63,824 nucleotides of DNA, filler included, from Lenisia limosa (GCA_001655205.1; 10 parts of 10 records of this genome joined end to end with filler, not necessarily neighbours in it), one strand, 5' to 3'; positions 50,201 through 62,754 are shown, counted from the whole stretch's first letter. Notes: a model not told the origin generated them from the sequence alone. Program-made: numbers and translations.

Positions 50201-53200
50201 GAATGTTGATCCTCACCAAATAGGCCTCGTTCCCCCTTGGAATGTACCTCCACTGCTTCCCTGAAATGCTCCCAATCCAGTATGCCACGTGCCGTATTGC
50301 TATGATGGTCAAACATGAGTAAAATATTTTGTTACATTTCATTAAAGAAAACGGTTTTGGTCCTTTCTTGCTATTAATAATAATTTCTAGCCGTAAAATG
50401 ACTCGAAGTACCTCAAAGTCTTCTCTTCCAAAATCGTCGAAACTCAAGACACCCATTACAGTCAAACGAGCACCCTCTACTCCAAAACCCCAACCTTCCC
50501 CATCAAGCAAGTCTGAAAAGCCCCCAGCCCTCGATACTAAGCCTGAACTGGTCACGTGCACAGACAATAAGCCGAAATACCCATTATACCATCCACCGAG
50601 CCCTTCGCGACCGGTGTCGGTTCCAGCAAGTGCGCGCGGTTTGCGTACTGGGCGCGCCAACACGTCATCAACAGATAGCCTCCCGTCACTCTCTGATGTC
50701 TCCCCCATGAATAGCCCTGTTTCTTCCGCCTCTATTCTCCCGCCCATGTCAGGTACGACTTCTCAAGGAACTTCGTAATCAATATCGCTGTTCTCTATTG
50801 TTTCATTCAAGGCCATATTCTCATTCATGTCCTTTTGCTTGTTTTTTTCCTGTTTGAGTTCATTTTAAGATTTACTTGGCAAGTGATGGGATGCCTTGCT
50901 GCAGAAGCGACTCGCCTGGGCTTTGTTTGTTTTNNNNNNNNNNNNNNNNNNNNNNNNNNNNNNNNNNNNNNNNNNNNNNNNNNNNNNNNNNNNNNNNNNN
51001 NNNNNNNNNNNNNNNNNNNNNNNNNNNNNNNNNNNNNNNNNNNNNNNNNNNNNNNNNNNNNNNNNNNNNNNNNNNNNCCGCCCTCCGGACGGTCCACTCC
51101 GGTCCAGTCAATTTCCGTGTCAAGAAGGCCGAACAAAACAAACGGCAAATCAAGCAAGGACCGCAAGTCGGAGGGTAAGAAGAACAACAAGCCCGTTGTC
51201 AAAGAGGAGAAAAAGCTGGTTGACGAGAAGAAAATGAAGACTAACGATGAAGAACCTCCGTTAGTGGCAGAAGCAGAGAAGAAACCCGTGTACTACACCC
51301 CCATTCTGCCTCCTGAGGAAGACGTCAAACATCTCTTGCCATTTGTGTGCCCTTCTGTGTCTGTTCACTCAACGTATCATCCGGATTTCCCACTGTTTAC
51401 GAGGTGAGGGGAAATGCCTTTGTTCAGCTACAGTTTGTCTAATTGGTTACGATATATTCTTCATCCAGATACTTTTTTTTGACATGGATATAGAGACCAA
51501 TGGGATAAATCTCAGCCAAAAGAGGAGCATCCGAGTGATTTGACTTCCTCTGATGACGATGGCCATGATACAAATGATTTTACTGATGCAAATGATGCAA
51601 TTGATGCATATGATACAACTGATGCAAATGAAGCCCAGGACGACGTTACTGGTGGAGATGGTAATGAATGTGATGGTATTGATGTGACTGATGTAACGGA
51701 GGGAGCCGAGGTTGAACAGCCTGCAACCAAGCCCAAAACGTCAAAAAAAAAGAAGAAGAAGGGCAAGAAGAAGGAAGCCATACCACCCCGGCCGCCTCCA
51801 TGCGCGTCCTGGCGCCTTCAAGAAGGGCCGAAAGAGTATGACCAAGAACCTGCTGCCCAGTTGGATGTGATGCTGCACAACGTGTTCCGCCTGGCGTCAC
51901 TGGTGGGAGCTGAGGCTTCTTTGGTTCCCAAAAGAGACGGATAATTACGCCAGTTCTACGTTAATGATATTTTTTTTTGATGTTTTAGTGTGATGTTACC
52001 GGGTCTTCCATTCCTGCTGCAAAGTAAGCTGGATAGATAGGAGGGAATAGGGCTTGCTCTTTATTAGGGATGTCATGCTGCTTTGTAGGGGCTTGCTCTT
52101 TATTAGGGATGTCATGCTGCTTTGTAGGGGCTTGCTCTTTATGGCTCTCCATGACATCGTTTTCTAAACTGTTCCGCTGTTCACCCCCCCCCCCNNNNNN
52201 NNNNNNNNNNNNNNNNNNNNNNNNNNNNNNNNNNNNNNNNNNNNNNNNNNNNNNNNNNNNNNNNNNNNNNNNNNNNNNNNNNNNNNNNNNNNNNNNNNNN
52301 NNNNNNACCAACAAACCTTGCCTTTGAGGCTCGGTTCGAGACTGGTTGGCGGCTCTGATATACAAATTCTGTTTTTCGTTGTTTTGAATAGGAATCAAAT
52401 ATTCCAAATGCTACAAAATGGACGTGTGACGGTATAGGTAATCTGAAGAAAGCAGTTCAGGTTGGAGACTTTGAATATGACCTCCTTACAAGCTGCGACA
52501 TCAATACCAATGGACACACTCAGGTGGGCGCGTATGGCTTTTTTTTTGAGGAAATTGTCACTCATATGTTTGCTATCATATATTATGAATATACATGTAT
52601 ATACATATATGCTGATGCAGTTAAGTTCCCTTTAATCTTACCAACTTAATTCATCTGACGCGGTAGTGGTTCCACTTCAAAGTGTCAGGCTGGATGCCAG
52701 GGGTGACGTATCGCTTCAACATCAACAACTTCCAGAAGCCCTCGTCTATGTACAAATTTGGTACTCGGGGGGGGGGGGGGGNNNNNNNNNNNNNNNNNNN
52801 NNNNNNNNNNNNNNNNNNNNNNNNNNNNNNNNNNNNNNNNNNNNNNNNNNNNNNNNNNNNNNNNNNNNNNNNNNNTCTATAACTCGAAAACTATCGATAT
52901 TTTCCCAGTATTTTTCGAACCGAATTGAAGCCCTAGACAGTGCCCATTGGAACTCCAAGCTTATTTTTTAGGCATGCAGCCCTGTGTCTACACTGAGGCT
53001 GAAGGCTGGCATAGGAAAGGTGCCGATATACACTATTATCAGGTATGCTGGAGGGTCGTCCTACACTATTTATTGAATGGACATTGAGTGACTCACTTTT
53101 CTGATTTGCAGCACATTTTCATACCAAGTTTCATCGCTCCATAGAATTTGTATAACAATGTTCATCGAAACCAGAATCCAAAAATGACTTGAAACATTCT

Positions 53201-53813
53201 TTGAGTTTTTTTTTCTTTCTTATTATAGCAACATATTTAAAACTCAACTATTCTTTTGACCACAAAGATATTGTGTGTCTCATTGAAAACTTCAATCTTT
53301 CTTGTCAGACTAATACCGCCAGAACCACTACCGCAGGATACGGGATGATAAGCCGCAACGATGCTATAGTCTGACGTTCACGCTCACAATGACCTCGTAT
53401 GCTCCTATCTTGGACGTTTGGTATTATAATCTGTGTTAGAATGGGGGACTATTGCTTTATTATCACGCTGGGAACCTATATAATGAGGTGCGTGTATACA
53501 CATTTTCTATTAATATTGTTAATATGAATACTATGCAACAACATGATAGCTGCGGGCTTCTCATTCGTTATGATATGTATTAGTTGTGAACGTCACCTTC
53601 AATCAGATTATCTTGTCTTACTCTTTAGTGAAAGCCCTGCGTTCATTGCCTATTTCTACCCATATAGTCTTGGGTTGGAGGGGGGGGTGCTCTCGTAGCA
53701 GAAGTGCGGATCAATATGCAATTTTAAACTGGACCATTGTGCTCCTCAAATGCTGTGCAAACTGCCCCTCCCCCTGTCGCTGATGGAACTTTTCTTACAC
53801 AGAAGGGACCTGC
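47208..53813 (+). CDS. AGTPBP1: Cytosolic carboxypeptidase (tubulin deglutamylase), CCP1/AGTPBP1-like: ARM repeats + disordered linker + M14 N-domain; 3'-truncated at linker
   Basis: LAFEARFETGNLKKAVQVGDFEYDL, DINTNGHTQWFHFKVSG...YRFNINN, GMQPCVY, IAYFYPY. Upstream helical ARM-like exons join in the same orientation. The catalytic HxxE motif is not in view. Confidence 0.82.
50076..50175 (-). mobile_element. MITE family A
   Basis: Full length; flanks GGTCTTCC / GCTCTTCC (7/8). Confidence 0.85.
50885..50933 (+). repeat. Family C 5' part before gap at intron 3' end
   Basis: GATGGGATGCCTTGCTGCAGAAGCGACTCGCCTGGGCTTTGTTTGTTTT. Confidence 0.75.
52050..52142. repeat. 39-bp tandem repeat (about 2.4 copies), intronic
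   Basis: GGGCTTGCTCTTTATTAGGGATGTCATGCTGCTTTGTAG repeated. Confidence 0.85.
52877..52935 (-). mobile_element. MITE family A, half copy beside gap
   Basis: AAACTATCGATATTTT...GAACCGAATTGAAGCCCTA. Confidence 0.75.
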
Positions 53814-53914
53814 NNNNNNNNNNNNNNNNNNNNNNNNNNNNNNNNNNNNNNNNNNNNTTAATTAATTAANNNNNNNNNNNNNNNNNNNNNNNNNNNNNNN
53901 NNNNNNNNNNNNNA

Positions 53915-56700
53915 TTGAAATTCCCCCACGTACAGATCTTGGGCTTGATTACGGAGTATTCCCCAGCATGACACTCGGCTTCTAGCACCCAATTAGCCGG
54001 AAAGTCGGTTAAGGGCCTCATGCCGTTTAGCGCCACTGGGAGCTTGGACACCTGAAATGTTAGGGGGATAGAGCTATATATGAGGGGAGAAAAAAAAATG
54101 AAGGAAATTCGATGAATAATATTGGTGTAAAGGTTCTGGGACTTGGACAAGGAAAAGTTCCAAAGCCAAACCGTGGTGTGGCCCGAAACGAAAAATGGCA
54201 GTCTTGGGTCGTAGTGAGAGTCCACAGTGTCTCCGTGAGTTAGGCCGCCAACAAAATAGGAACCAGTTGACCCGCAATAAACTGAGGGGGGGGGGGAGTA
54301 AAATGGGGAAATTTATGAAACAAAAAAGCCCAAAATCAACTCCGTCAGCTGTAAAACTGGACACTTTTATGAAACAAAAAAAACATCATAGGGGAAGGGG
54401 AGTGAAAATGGGAATTTATGATAAAAAAAAATAACTTGAGGGGGTGACGTAAAATTCCAGTGATGAACATTGTACTTGATCAGGAACCACTAATTAAGAA
54501 CTCCAAATAAAAAAAAACAAAGTACAAAGACGGACACCAAACAATGAACACAGAAAAAATGTATTTCGTGTGGTGACTCTAGTTCAACAAGCGTTGAGAA
54601 GTCAGTGAAATACCTCCTAGGCGAAGAAGCCTTTCCGACTGTTGTAAGTTGGAAATGCATTCAAAATGCCTTCATGGGTTTATACTTATTTCGTAATGAC
54701 ATTCCAGCAAGTTATTGGCGGTATGTACTTCGAGTGGCACCTCGTTTCAACAAATGTGAAGAGCCGTCAACGTTGGCTCATTCCAGCCTCTTCTATTCTC
54801 GCAATATTTACAACCCTGTTGCCTCGGCTCTTGATAATAAGATGGAATATACGGAAGCGATCTAATGGAGTTTGACTCTGTCAAACTTCTCAGCAATAAC
54901 ACAATTTATTTTGATACTGTTGAGATGAAGACCACCTTGGAGAGACTCCTCAGATTTGCAAAAGTGGATCATTTCAGCGCTGCCAATCTTATTATAATGT
55001 TCCCGTATTTTATAATGTATGGAATATAAACTAACCGTACCTTACCCCGAAATCAAATGCTACTAAAAAACAGCTGATAAAGAGATGTACAGCAAAACAA
55101 CAAAACAAGAAAAAACTGAATAATGCCGGGGGCAATTCACAGCAAGATAAAGGGCTTAAACCAAAAAAATAACCCATCATAAGAGGAATGGACAACGGAT
55201 AAAGCTTCATTTTCGCTTAGAAAAAGAAAGACTGAATCCATATCTTCAACAAACTTGACACTTTACTAGTCGTGACCCCCCCCCCCCNNNNNNNNNNNNN
55301 NNNNNNNNNNNNNNNNNNNNNNNNNNNNNNNNNNNNNNNNNNNNNNNNNNNNNNNNNNNNNNNNNNNNNTCACTTCAGGTTCCGGTTAACCAAAAATGGG
55401 AGGAACCAGTCTATTTTCCGTTTCAAACTTGAATTTCTCAATTCCAGTTTTTTTTATATTCTTGAAAAAAAAAAGAAGAAGAAGAAGAAGAAGAACCCCA
55501 TTGCTTACAAATAGGGCATTGAGCTGGGCCGTCCCAACCCGCCGCCTTGGTGCACGTGACAGAGTTGTTGACGGGCAGTGTCTCTCCTGGACACTCAACC
55601 TGGCCCGGGATTAGTTCATTTTTGGAGAGTCAAAATAATATGACATCTTAAATAAATTATTGGACAACATTTAATATCATCATCTCCAAGGTTAAGGGGT
55701 CGGGTGCCATGAGCGACAGTATGGTAATTTGTTTACGGTATCCCGATGTATTTGATTCTCTTGATTTATAATGTATTATTTTATTTCCCTTATCAAAAAA
55801 AAAAAAAAAAAAAAANNNNNNNNNNNNNNNNNNNNNNNNNNNNNNNNNNNNNNNNNNNNNNNNNNNNNNNNNNNNNNNNNNNNNNNNNNNNNNNNNNNNN
55901 NNNNNNTCCCCGTTGTCATAAAAAGCTTGAGGACACGAAATCATGGCGCCTCCTCTGAGATGGGGTGGGGACATACATCTCTAAAAAAAGGTCAAGAGAG
56001 GGAAAACATCATTTTTGGTCAAAAATGACAAAAGTCCCAAGGCCAAAATGGGAGTGCTCAAGTCTAAAGTTGGGTTTTCACGCTTATAAGCGATATTGAA
56101 CTATTGTATCATTTGCTTTGTGATCCTTGTTCAATAAAGGGTGTACTGCGAAAAAAAAAAAACACCCGTGAGCCTACCGACGATTCAACTTGTGAAATCT
56201 GCTCCAACGCAGCATCGAAAGTTTCCTTGATGATAGGGTGACCTGCGGCACTTGCTGGTTGGAACGTGCCCACCAAGCCATTTTGGCTGGAGGTGAAATG
56301 GGAATACTCGGATTTGGGATTTAAGAAATGAGAAATACGTGAAGAAGGAGTATCTGGACAAAGATATTGAATGTAGTACCTGACGCCTTCCATACTAGAC
56401 TCAAACACTCAAGATGAACAATCGTTTTATCTTCTTTCATCAAAAGTCTATGGGTTGAAATATCAGTATGTACCCTTCAAATTTAGCAAGGTTTGTTAGA
56501 AATATGAATATGTGTTACTCCTTGCTTACTTTCCAATAAGCGCCGCCTGAGACCCAAAGCAAATGGCAAAGATCAGGCACAGCCTCACTGTAGGCAGCAT
56601 CATAAATCTGAATGAACTTAGCTTATATGAATCAGATATGAATAGTATACGTGATTGTTGGTGCCGGAGACTGCGGATGATAGATGATCGTTCCCCAGTC
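53915..56700 (-). CDS. Uncharacterised protein, WD40-like segments
   Basis: DSHYDPRLPFFVSGHTTVWLWNF resembles a WD repeat. Other open exons include IYDAAYSEAVPDLCHLLWVSGGAYWK and VSKLPVALNGMRPLTDFPANW. Confidence 0.4.
54276..54443 (-). repeat. Family C, stacked partial copies with acceptor duplication
   Basis: Three TTTCATAAA(A/T)TT..CCA(A/T)TTT(T/C)AC-like units; flanking repeats AATAAACTGAGGGG / AATAACTTGAGGGG (plus strand). Confidence 0.7.
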
Positions 56701-56937
56701 CCACCGTGCCAGTCCAAGTCTTTAGATGAAGGGCCAGTCCTTCCATGAAGAGCCCGGCTCGGGAAAAGATGATGGGACTTTTCTCCGTTTTTTACTTCTT
56801 CACTTACTCAGCTCCGTCTCTCCGTCTCAAGCTTCTTCCCTTTCAACTGATTCCGACATTCTCGCCAATCCGAATATTATTTTGGAAAATGAACGTGATT
56901 ACATTTTGTAACATTAATGGCATAGTGGTGTACAGTT

Positions 56938-56998
56938 TTATTCACCCAATCATAAGTTACAACTCTGTGTACACCAGGTGTACACAGCTGTCTGTGTG
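56938..56998. repeat. Family B fragment containing an 11-bp-arm palindrome
   Basis: ATTCACCCAATCAT...TTACAACTCTGTG; CTGTGTACACC-A-GGTGTACACAG at 56965-56987. Confidence 0.65.
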
Positions 56999-57099
56999 AC
57001 TTCCCCAGGGTATAGCACCCACCATTCCCATCATAACAAAACTACCGTCCATTCTACCTAAACAACGGACCATACCCTCCTCCACCATTATAACACAGT

Positions 57100-58239
57100 T
57101 CAATGATTTAACTGGAAACACTGCCCGGTTTGACGAGTGGTCACCTCCAGCCCCTTGAAGTATTTCACTGTCTTCACCTTCAGCTCCATCGTTGCATCCT
57201 GAAGTATGAATGAGAATTTAGGAGTAAGAATTCAGAAGTATGGAGGGGTGGGAACGNNNNNNNNNNNNNNNNNNNNNNNNNNNNNNNNNNNNNNNNNNNN
57301 NNNNNNNNNNNNNNNNNNNNNNNNNNNNNNNNNNNNNNNNNNNNNNNNNNNNNNNNNNNNNNNNNNNTTGAATTATAGTATAATATTAATTCAATAAGAT
57401 ATCCGTAATATGTGTCAGAAGTAATTAAGAAGTAGGATTGAGAAATGTAAGAACGTTGGCAAAATATATACATTATGATGTGTAATACGTGTATGAAAGG
57501 ATAATAGCAATGAGAAATAAAGGTTGTATCCGGCCAAAGCCGTCCACACCATCACGCTTATAAGCGATATTGAATTATAGTATAATAATATTAATTAACA
57601 TAAGAAGATTCCTGTATGTATAAGTATGAATGTGAATGTTGAAAAAATATATATTATATCATATATCAGATTTTAAAGGAGAATTAAGAAGTAAGAGGAG
57701 AATGTAAAATATATATGCATATGTACATGGATGATAAACTAGTACAATGTATTATAGTATGAACGAAAATGATAAAAAATATAGCATATGATACTTAGAA
57801 GAAGTAGGAATGTTAATAATATGATTAAGAAGTAGGAAAAGGAAGGAGAAAATGTTAAATATATTATGCGTCCACCCTACATCATCATTAATACCAACAT
57901 CCACCCTACATCATCAGCAACACAGAGGAAAGTTCTGTGGAGCTGGAGCATCGAAAGGGTCCACATATGGTTGACACCTTCCTAAAATAGGTCAATGTCA
58001 GGAAGGATAGTATTGAATGCAAAACTGAGGTTATTTACCGTAGTGAAATTAACAACTTTCATCGGTAACCCTTTGTAAGCTCTCTTCCCATGACATCTTT
58101 TCGCGGCTAGGGCTTTATCACTTCATCATAAACATTATCACTCACACATTCATGTTACCCCTAAGCCCCTCTGCCATACCTCAACACCCTTCTGGAGTGC
58201 CAGGGCCTTCGAGGCTCCTGTTACCAAAATCATGACTTC
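57100..58239 (-). CDS. GNPDA: Glucosamine-6-phosphate deaminase, last three exons (58180-58239, 57910-57981, 57100-57198)
   Basis: [35 protein letters not shown]...DATMELKVKTVKYFKGL closely matches the NagB/GNPDA C-terminus. The 5' part is lost at the gap. Confidence 0.93.
57368..57620. repeat. Family B element within a ~202-bp tandem unit (GNPDA intron)
   Basis: Core at 57501-57580; TTGAATTATAGTATAAT recurs at 57368 and 57570. Confidence 0.75.
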
Positions 58240-58539
58240 CTGAAAGGCGGTAAAAATGTGAACTAGTCAACAATCTCATCTTCAAAAGCACCCCCATTAC
58301 GTTTTTGTCTAGTTTGAGCGTTGGTTGCGTGTATTTGTTATATTTTTTGTTTGGAATTTCAGATTATTCGGTTTGTGATTATTACCTTTATGCCAATAGT
58401 CTTTATCGAAATTTCCTTCGTTTTACCCCCCCTCCCCNNNNNNNNNNNNNNNNNNNNNNNNNNNNNNNNNNNNNNNNNNNNTTAATTAATTAANNNNNNN
58501 NNNNNNNNNNNNNNNNNNNNNNNNNNNNNNNNNNNNNCA

Positions 58540-61500
58540 GAAACACAAACCAGCCTACAGACAAGAAGGCTGCTTTCGGTATCAAACACAAAGATGTGGA
58601 CGTGGTCGAGGTTCATCTTGGCGTTAATAATGGTGTTGTTGATGAGCTTGCCGACTTCGATGAAGCTCACTGCTCGGGCGGTAACTCCAGCAAATGTTCC
58701 GCTTTATTGTGAGAGGGGGGAGGGGTGGGGGGTAATCCGAGTTGTTATCTCAAAGAAATATCACTCTTCGAGCTAAAAAGACTATTTGCTAAATCGATAT
58801 TTTTCTTTTGGTCTTTTCCGTACCAAAGTTGGCTGATAGAATCGACTATCCCCGAAATCCCCAAAAGAAAGCCCCCAAAAATAAAACCTTCTGATTAAAG
58901 CCCCAAATTCAACCCCCAAACTTTTGATGAAGTGGCGTAGAGAGAGAAACCCTAAAAGACGCAATTTTATCCACTGAAACGAAAGGAGCGGTCCACTGCT
59001 GCTCAACTGGGGGGGGGGGGNNNNNNNNNNNNNNNNNNNNNNNNNNNNNNNNNNNNNNNNNNNNNNNNNNNNNNNNNNNNNNNNNNNNNNNNNNNNNNNN
59101 NNNNNNNNNNNNNNNNNNNNNNNNNNNNNNNNNNNNNNNNNNNNNNNNNNNNNNNNNNNNNNNNNNNNNNNNNNNNNNNNNNNNNNNNGGTTGCGGGTTG
59201 GAACATTTATGAAACAAAAACTCAGAATCAACTCTGTTGGCTAAAAAATATTTGAGTAATACTGGGTTTAAAAACACAAAATCAAAAACCTTAACAGTCA
59301 TCATCTCCGGCCTACATTCATCGTTGTTCTTGACCTCAGTAAAGTACGAGCGGTGGCTTGAATCAAACGACACGTTTCCAATTAAGGGTCCTTCCTGAAC
59401 AGTGAACAAAAGACAAACGAATACCTGGGCTTTACTTATGACTAGGGCTTCACTTCGGTTCGAAAAAGACCGGTGAAATATCGATAGTTTTCGAGGATTT
59501 ATCGATAAATTCAGTCTTTTTTGAACCGAAGTGAAGCCCTACTTAGGACCGAAAAACAAAGGCTGAATTTCTCCATAAACCTCGATAAACGGACCAGAGT
59601 GAAGCCCTACTCACACCTTCACGTTATTTCGAGATATTGGATTTTAAATTTACCCAAACATAATATTAGGAATCCGTAATTAACTTCAGAATTTGAAGTG
59701 AGACAAATTGAAAACGGAACTCCATTTTATTTCAAATTTTTTCAAAAACAAAAAAAAATTGCACAGAGCCCCAGAACAATCCATGATCACTTTTGAGAGG
59801 TCAACGTTGGTAGATTTCCATGATAAATGGTCCCCAGCCAGCGTGTAGCGGATGAAGGCATCCTAAAGTCGTGAACTGGCTGAATTCTTCGGGATATTGA
59901 CAGAAATTGTAGAAAGATGGACCACTTGTCCCCCACAATATCATTTTAATCATCACCCACATCATCCCCCGTTGCTTCACGATTGCGCGCGAACGCGACT
60001 CCCTCGTTATTGGTATTGAAGACAAGGGTGGTACCGTCGACTTGGTGACTTAATGAATCTGGGGGGTGGGGTGAAGGTAATTGCACAATTAAATTCAAAA
60101 GGCCCAGTTTTTTGCTTCANNNNNNNNNNNNNNNNNNNNNNNNNNNNNNNNNNNNNNNNNNNNNNNNNNNNNNNNNNNNNNNNNNNNNNNNNNNNNNNNN
60201 NNNNNNNNNNNNNNNNNNNNNNNNNNNTAAGATCGTTCCAGTCAAAAAGGTCCACATTTCCTATCTCCACTGAGTGGGCGATTGCGAGCGAGTTGGCCTA
60301 AATTCGTAATTCGAGCATTAAAGATATTTTGTGTTTCTATACCAGAGTATAGCATAAAGTATATGCTATCGATATACTATACTATACTATATCATATTTA
60401 TGCAGTGACAGTGGTAGCCTTGACCAATTTTTGTGATGGGAAATCCAACTCTGTCGATCAAGACATACCACAATCCCAGTGATTAAGAAATAGGTTGTAT
60501 CTGGCCGAANNNNNNNNNNNNNNNNNNNNNNNNNNNNNNNNNNNNNNNNNNNNNNNNNNNNNNNNNNNNNNNNNNNNNNNNNNNNNNNNNNNNNNNNTCG
60601 TGACTCCCTAACATATAACAATATCGATATAATAAAATATGTTAATAGTGGCTCACGATAATAGGGTCAAGTAGCTTCGAAATACTGAGGTTAACTGTGA
60701 ACATCTAAAAAAGTTAAGCATCAAATGCGGAAAAAAGAGCCAAAAGATAAACAAAATAAACATGTGTTATTACATCTCCAATTTAATAGAGAACCACATC
60801 TGGATATCTCCACCATTTTTGCATTGGTGAAGATAATCAACATTCATTATAGCGTGAACCAGGTGAAAGATACACTCAGAAAGATGAGGGGCCATGGATG
60901 GGGTGTAGAGACGAGTTGTTTCTCTGGACCCAACATAGAGAAAAATCTCTTTTCCGCGGCAAGATGCTCCGAGGTTGGGTTGGAGAAGCAAACCAGGAAG
61001 AAGAGAAAGAAGCAACAAAGAAGCCTCCCCTGCAAGCCTACCACATCACTAAGCAGGTTGTTACTCAAGCGTTCCACTAAGAAGGTCACGAGGAATTCAA
61101 TTTCTATATCACACGATCATGAGGAACTAACCGTTTTCAACCGAATTTCTGTACATAATGGAGATTGTGGCTCCGACAAGAACAGAAGCCATGATAACGA
61201 AGGCTCCAATTACCATTGCCTGGGTCTAAAAAGTCAGCAATGCTCTTTGGTACTCCAATAATAACCCGCTTGGCCATTCATTCATGTATTTAAACAAATT
61301 GATATCAAATTTCAAGGCCTTGGTTGAACCAGTCAAAGCCAAGAGAAGATGGCCCACCAAAAAGATTATCCTTTTGTTCCGCCTCCTCTCTTTTGCGATA
61401 ACTGAGTGCATTGTAAACGACCCTTCGCTCTTGACGGAGCCTAGATACAAGTTACGGTTTAAAAAAGGAAACTGAAGAGCCTATTGTGCCATTTTATGCT

Positions 61501-61600
61501 TAAACATATTACTATCAACGCAACAGAGGTTAAATACGCCATACCTCTTGAAGTAGTCGACCTCATTGGTGAAAAAAATCTAACTAAGGAGCCACAATCT
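58540..61600 (-). CDS. Uncharacterised multi-exon protein with hydrophobic segments
   Basis: Open exons TQAMVIGAFVIMASVLVGATISIMY, ANSLAIAHSVEIGNVDLFDW, EGPLIGNVSFDSSHRSYF, with AG/GT ends. Confidence 0.45.
59200..59245 (-). repeat. Family C fragment
   Basis: TAGCCAACAGAGTTGATTCTGAGTTTTTGTTTCATAAATG. Confidence 0.7.
59443..59541 (+). mobile_element. MITE family A, consensus-like copy (99 bp)
   Basis: Perfect TIR TAGGGCTTCACTTCGGTTC / GAACCGAAGTGAAGCCCTA; flanks CTTATGAC / CTTAGGAC (7/8). Confidence 0.92.
59548..59609 (-). mobile_element. MITE family A, deleted copy adjacent to previous
   Basis: CTGAATTTCTC...GTGAAGCCCTA. Confidence 0.65.
60478..60509. repeat. Family B end, cut by gap
   Basis: AGGTTGTATCTGGCCGAA. 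Confidence 0.6.
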
Positions 61601-61963
61601 TTATTTATGCCTAACACAGGACACCCAGGTATACTACACAACTAATAAATTCACCACCTTGAGTAGCTGAACACTAGCTCTTCCAATATGGGGACACTTT
61701 GATTTTTTTCTAAACAACACACTAGAAAATGATTCATCAATTCTTCATCATATTCATAATAAGTGTGATCAAGCACGATTTCACTGCGAGCGATTTCATT
61801 TTATAAAAAGCTAAAATAGTAGATTAACCTAGGGTTTGCAGTTGCCAAAATGTTACATATAAGCCTGCCAAGAAAGAAAACAGTTAATCGGTCAATAATT
61901 TACAGAACTTTACGTAAATAAAACGAAAAGGGGAGCTAAAAGGGAGCGAGCAGCGGAGGCACA

Positions 61964-62347
61964 ATGGAGATCCCGTCCTCCCCCAGAGTGACCTCTTATG
62001 GTGCGCTACCTTCCTCTGCTTCCTATTAACAGCTTTAGATGACGGATCGAACTCGATTGGGGTCCAAGCGGCCGAACAGCTGGTAAGTGACGTCGTTCTC
62101 CGCTTTCATATGAGTCTCTTTTCTTTTTTCTCTTTTTCACCTGGATCCACTTTCATTGATCTGGTTTATGTATGTTTGCTGGGGAGGTGCAGAATGCTTG
62201 GTGATTTAAATCCAATATAATGTTGTGGACGGCTTACCCAATTTTATTGGTCTAGACTTACTACGTTTACTGTCCAATATCAGAGGATTAATTGGTTAAC
62301 CATCCCAGGTGCGGCTTACCTACGAGAGCTCTTCATGCCCTGGGGAG
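61964..62347 (+). CDS. 5' exons of an uncharacterised gene
   Basis: MEIPSSPRVTSY / ALDDGSNSIGVQAAEQL then gtaagt. Truncated at linker. Confidence 0.4.
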
Positions 62348-62754
62348 CCCCTTTTAATTCGGGGTAGNNNNNNNNNNNNNNNNNNNNNNNNNNNNNNNNN
62401 NNNNNNNNNNNTTAATTAATTAANNNNNNNNNNNNNNNNNNNNNNNNNNNNNNNNNNNNNNNNNNNNTTGAATTGCGTTCTTTGCGTTTGGAAGGCAGAC
62501 TAAACAAATAAACTATTAAACTCAAAGAAAAGATAAAAAATTTAAATAAACATCAAGAAAAACTATTAAACTCAAATATGAAATCTCCATATTTGATACA
62601 CGAAAGGCTATTCAACCTCTAAACACACTCTATTTAACAAATGATGAACTACTATTATTGACCATTCTTAACCATTTCTTTAGCTGTTTTCACAAACAAA
62701 ATAATATCATGCTATATACAAAATGAAAAAAAAAGGGAATAAAAGGTATTATTA

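Noticed and set aside
51985-52190. Minus-strand ORF with KEQAPTKQHDIPN repeats as a nested gene
   Set aside because: A 39-bp tandem repeat keeps frames open trivially; there is no convincing start or splice context.
58540-58700. Exon NNTIINAKMNLDHVHIF as the upstream part of GNPDA
   Set aside because: Lacks NagB motifs (GLPTGSTP, MDEY, GGIGPDGHIAFNEP) and lies across an artificial linker.
59441-59543. Family A as a Stowaway/Tc1 MITE with TA duplication
   Set aside because: Treating TA as part of the TIR reveals matching 8-bp flanks in four copies, which favours hAT.
22509-62423. Nine identical TTAATTAATTAA palindromes as a biological repeat
   Set aside because: Each sits inside 44+44 Ns and is a six-frame-stop assembly linker. 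The first one replaces much of CPSF73, so linker length is not real distance.
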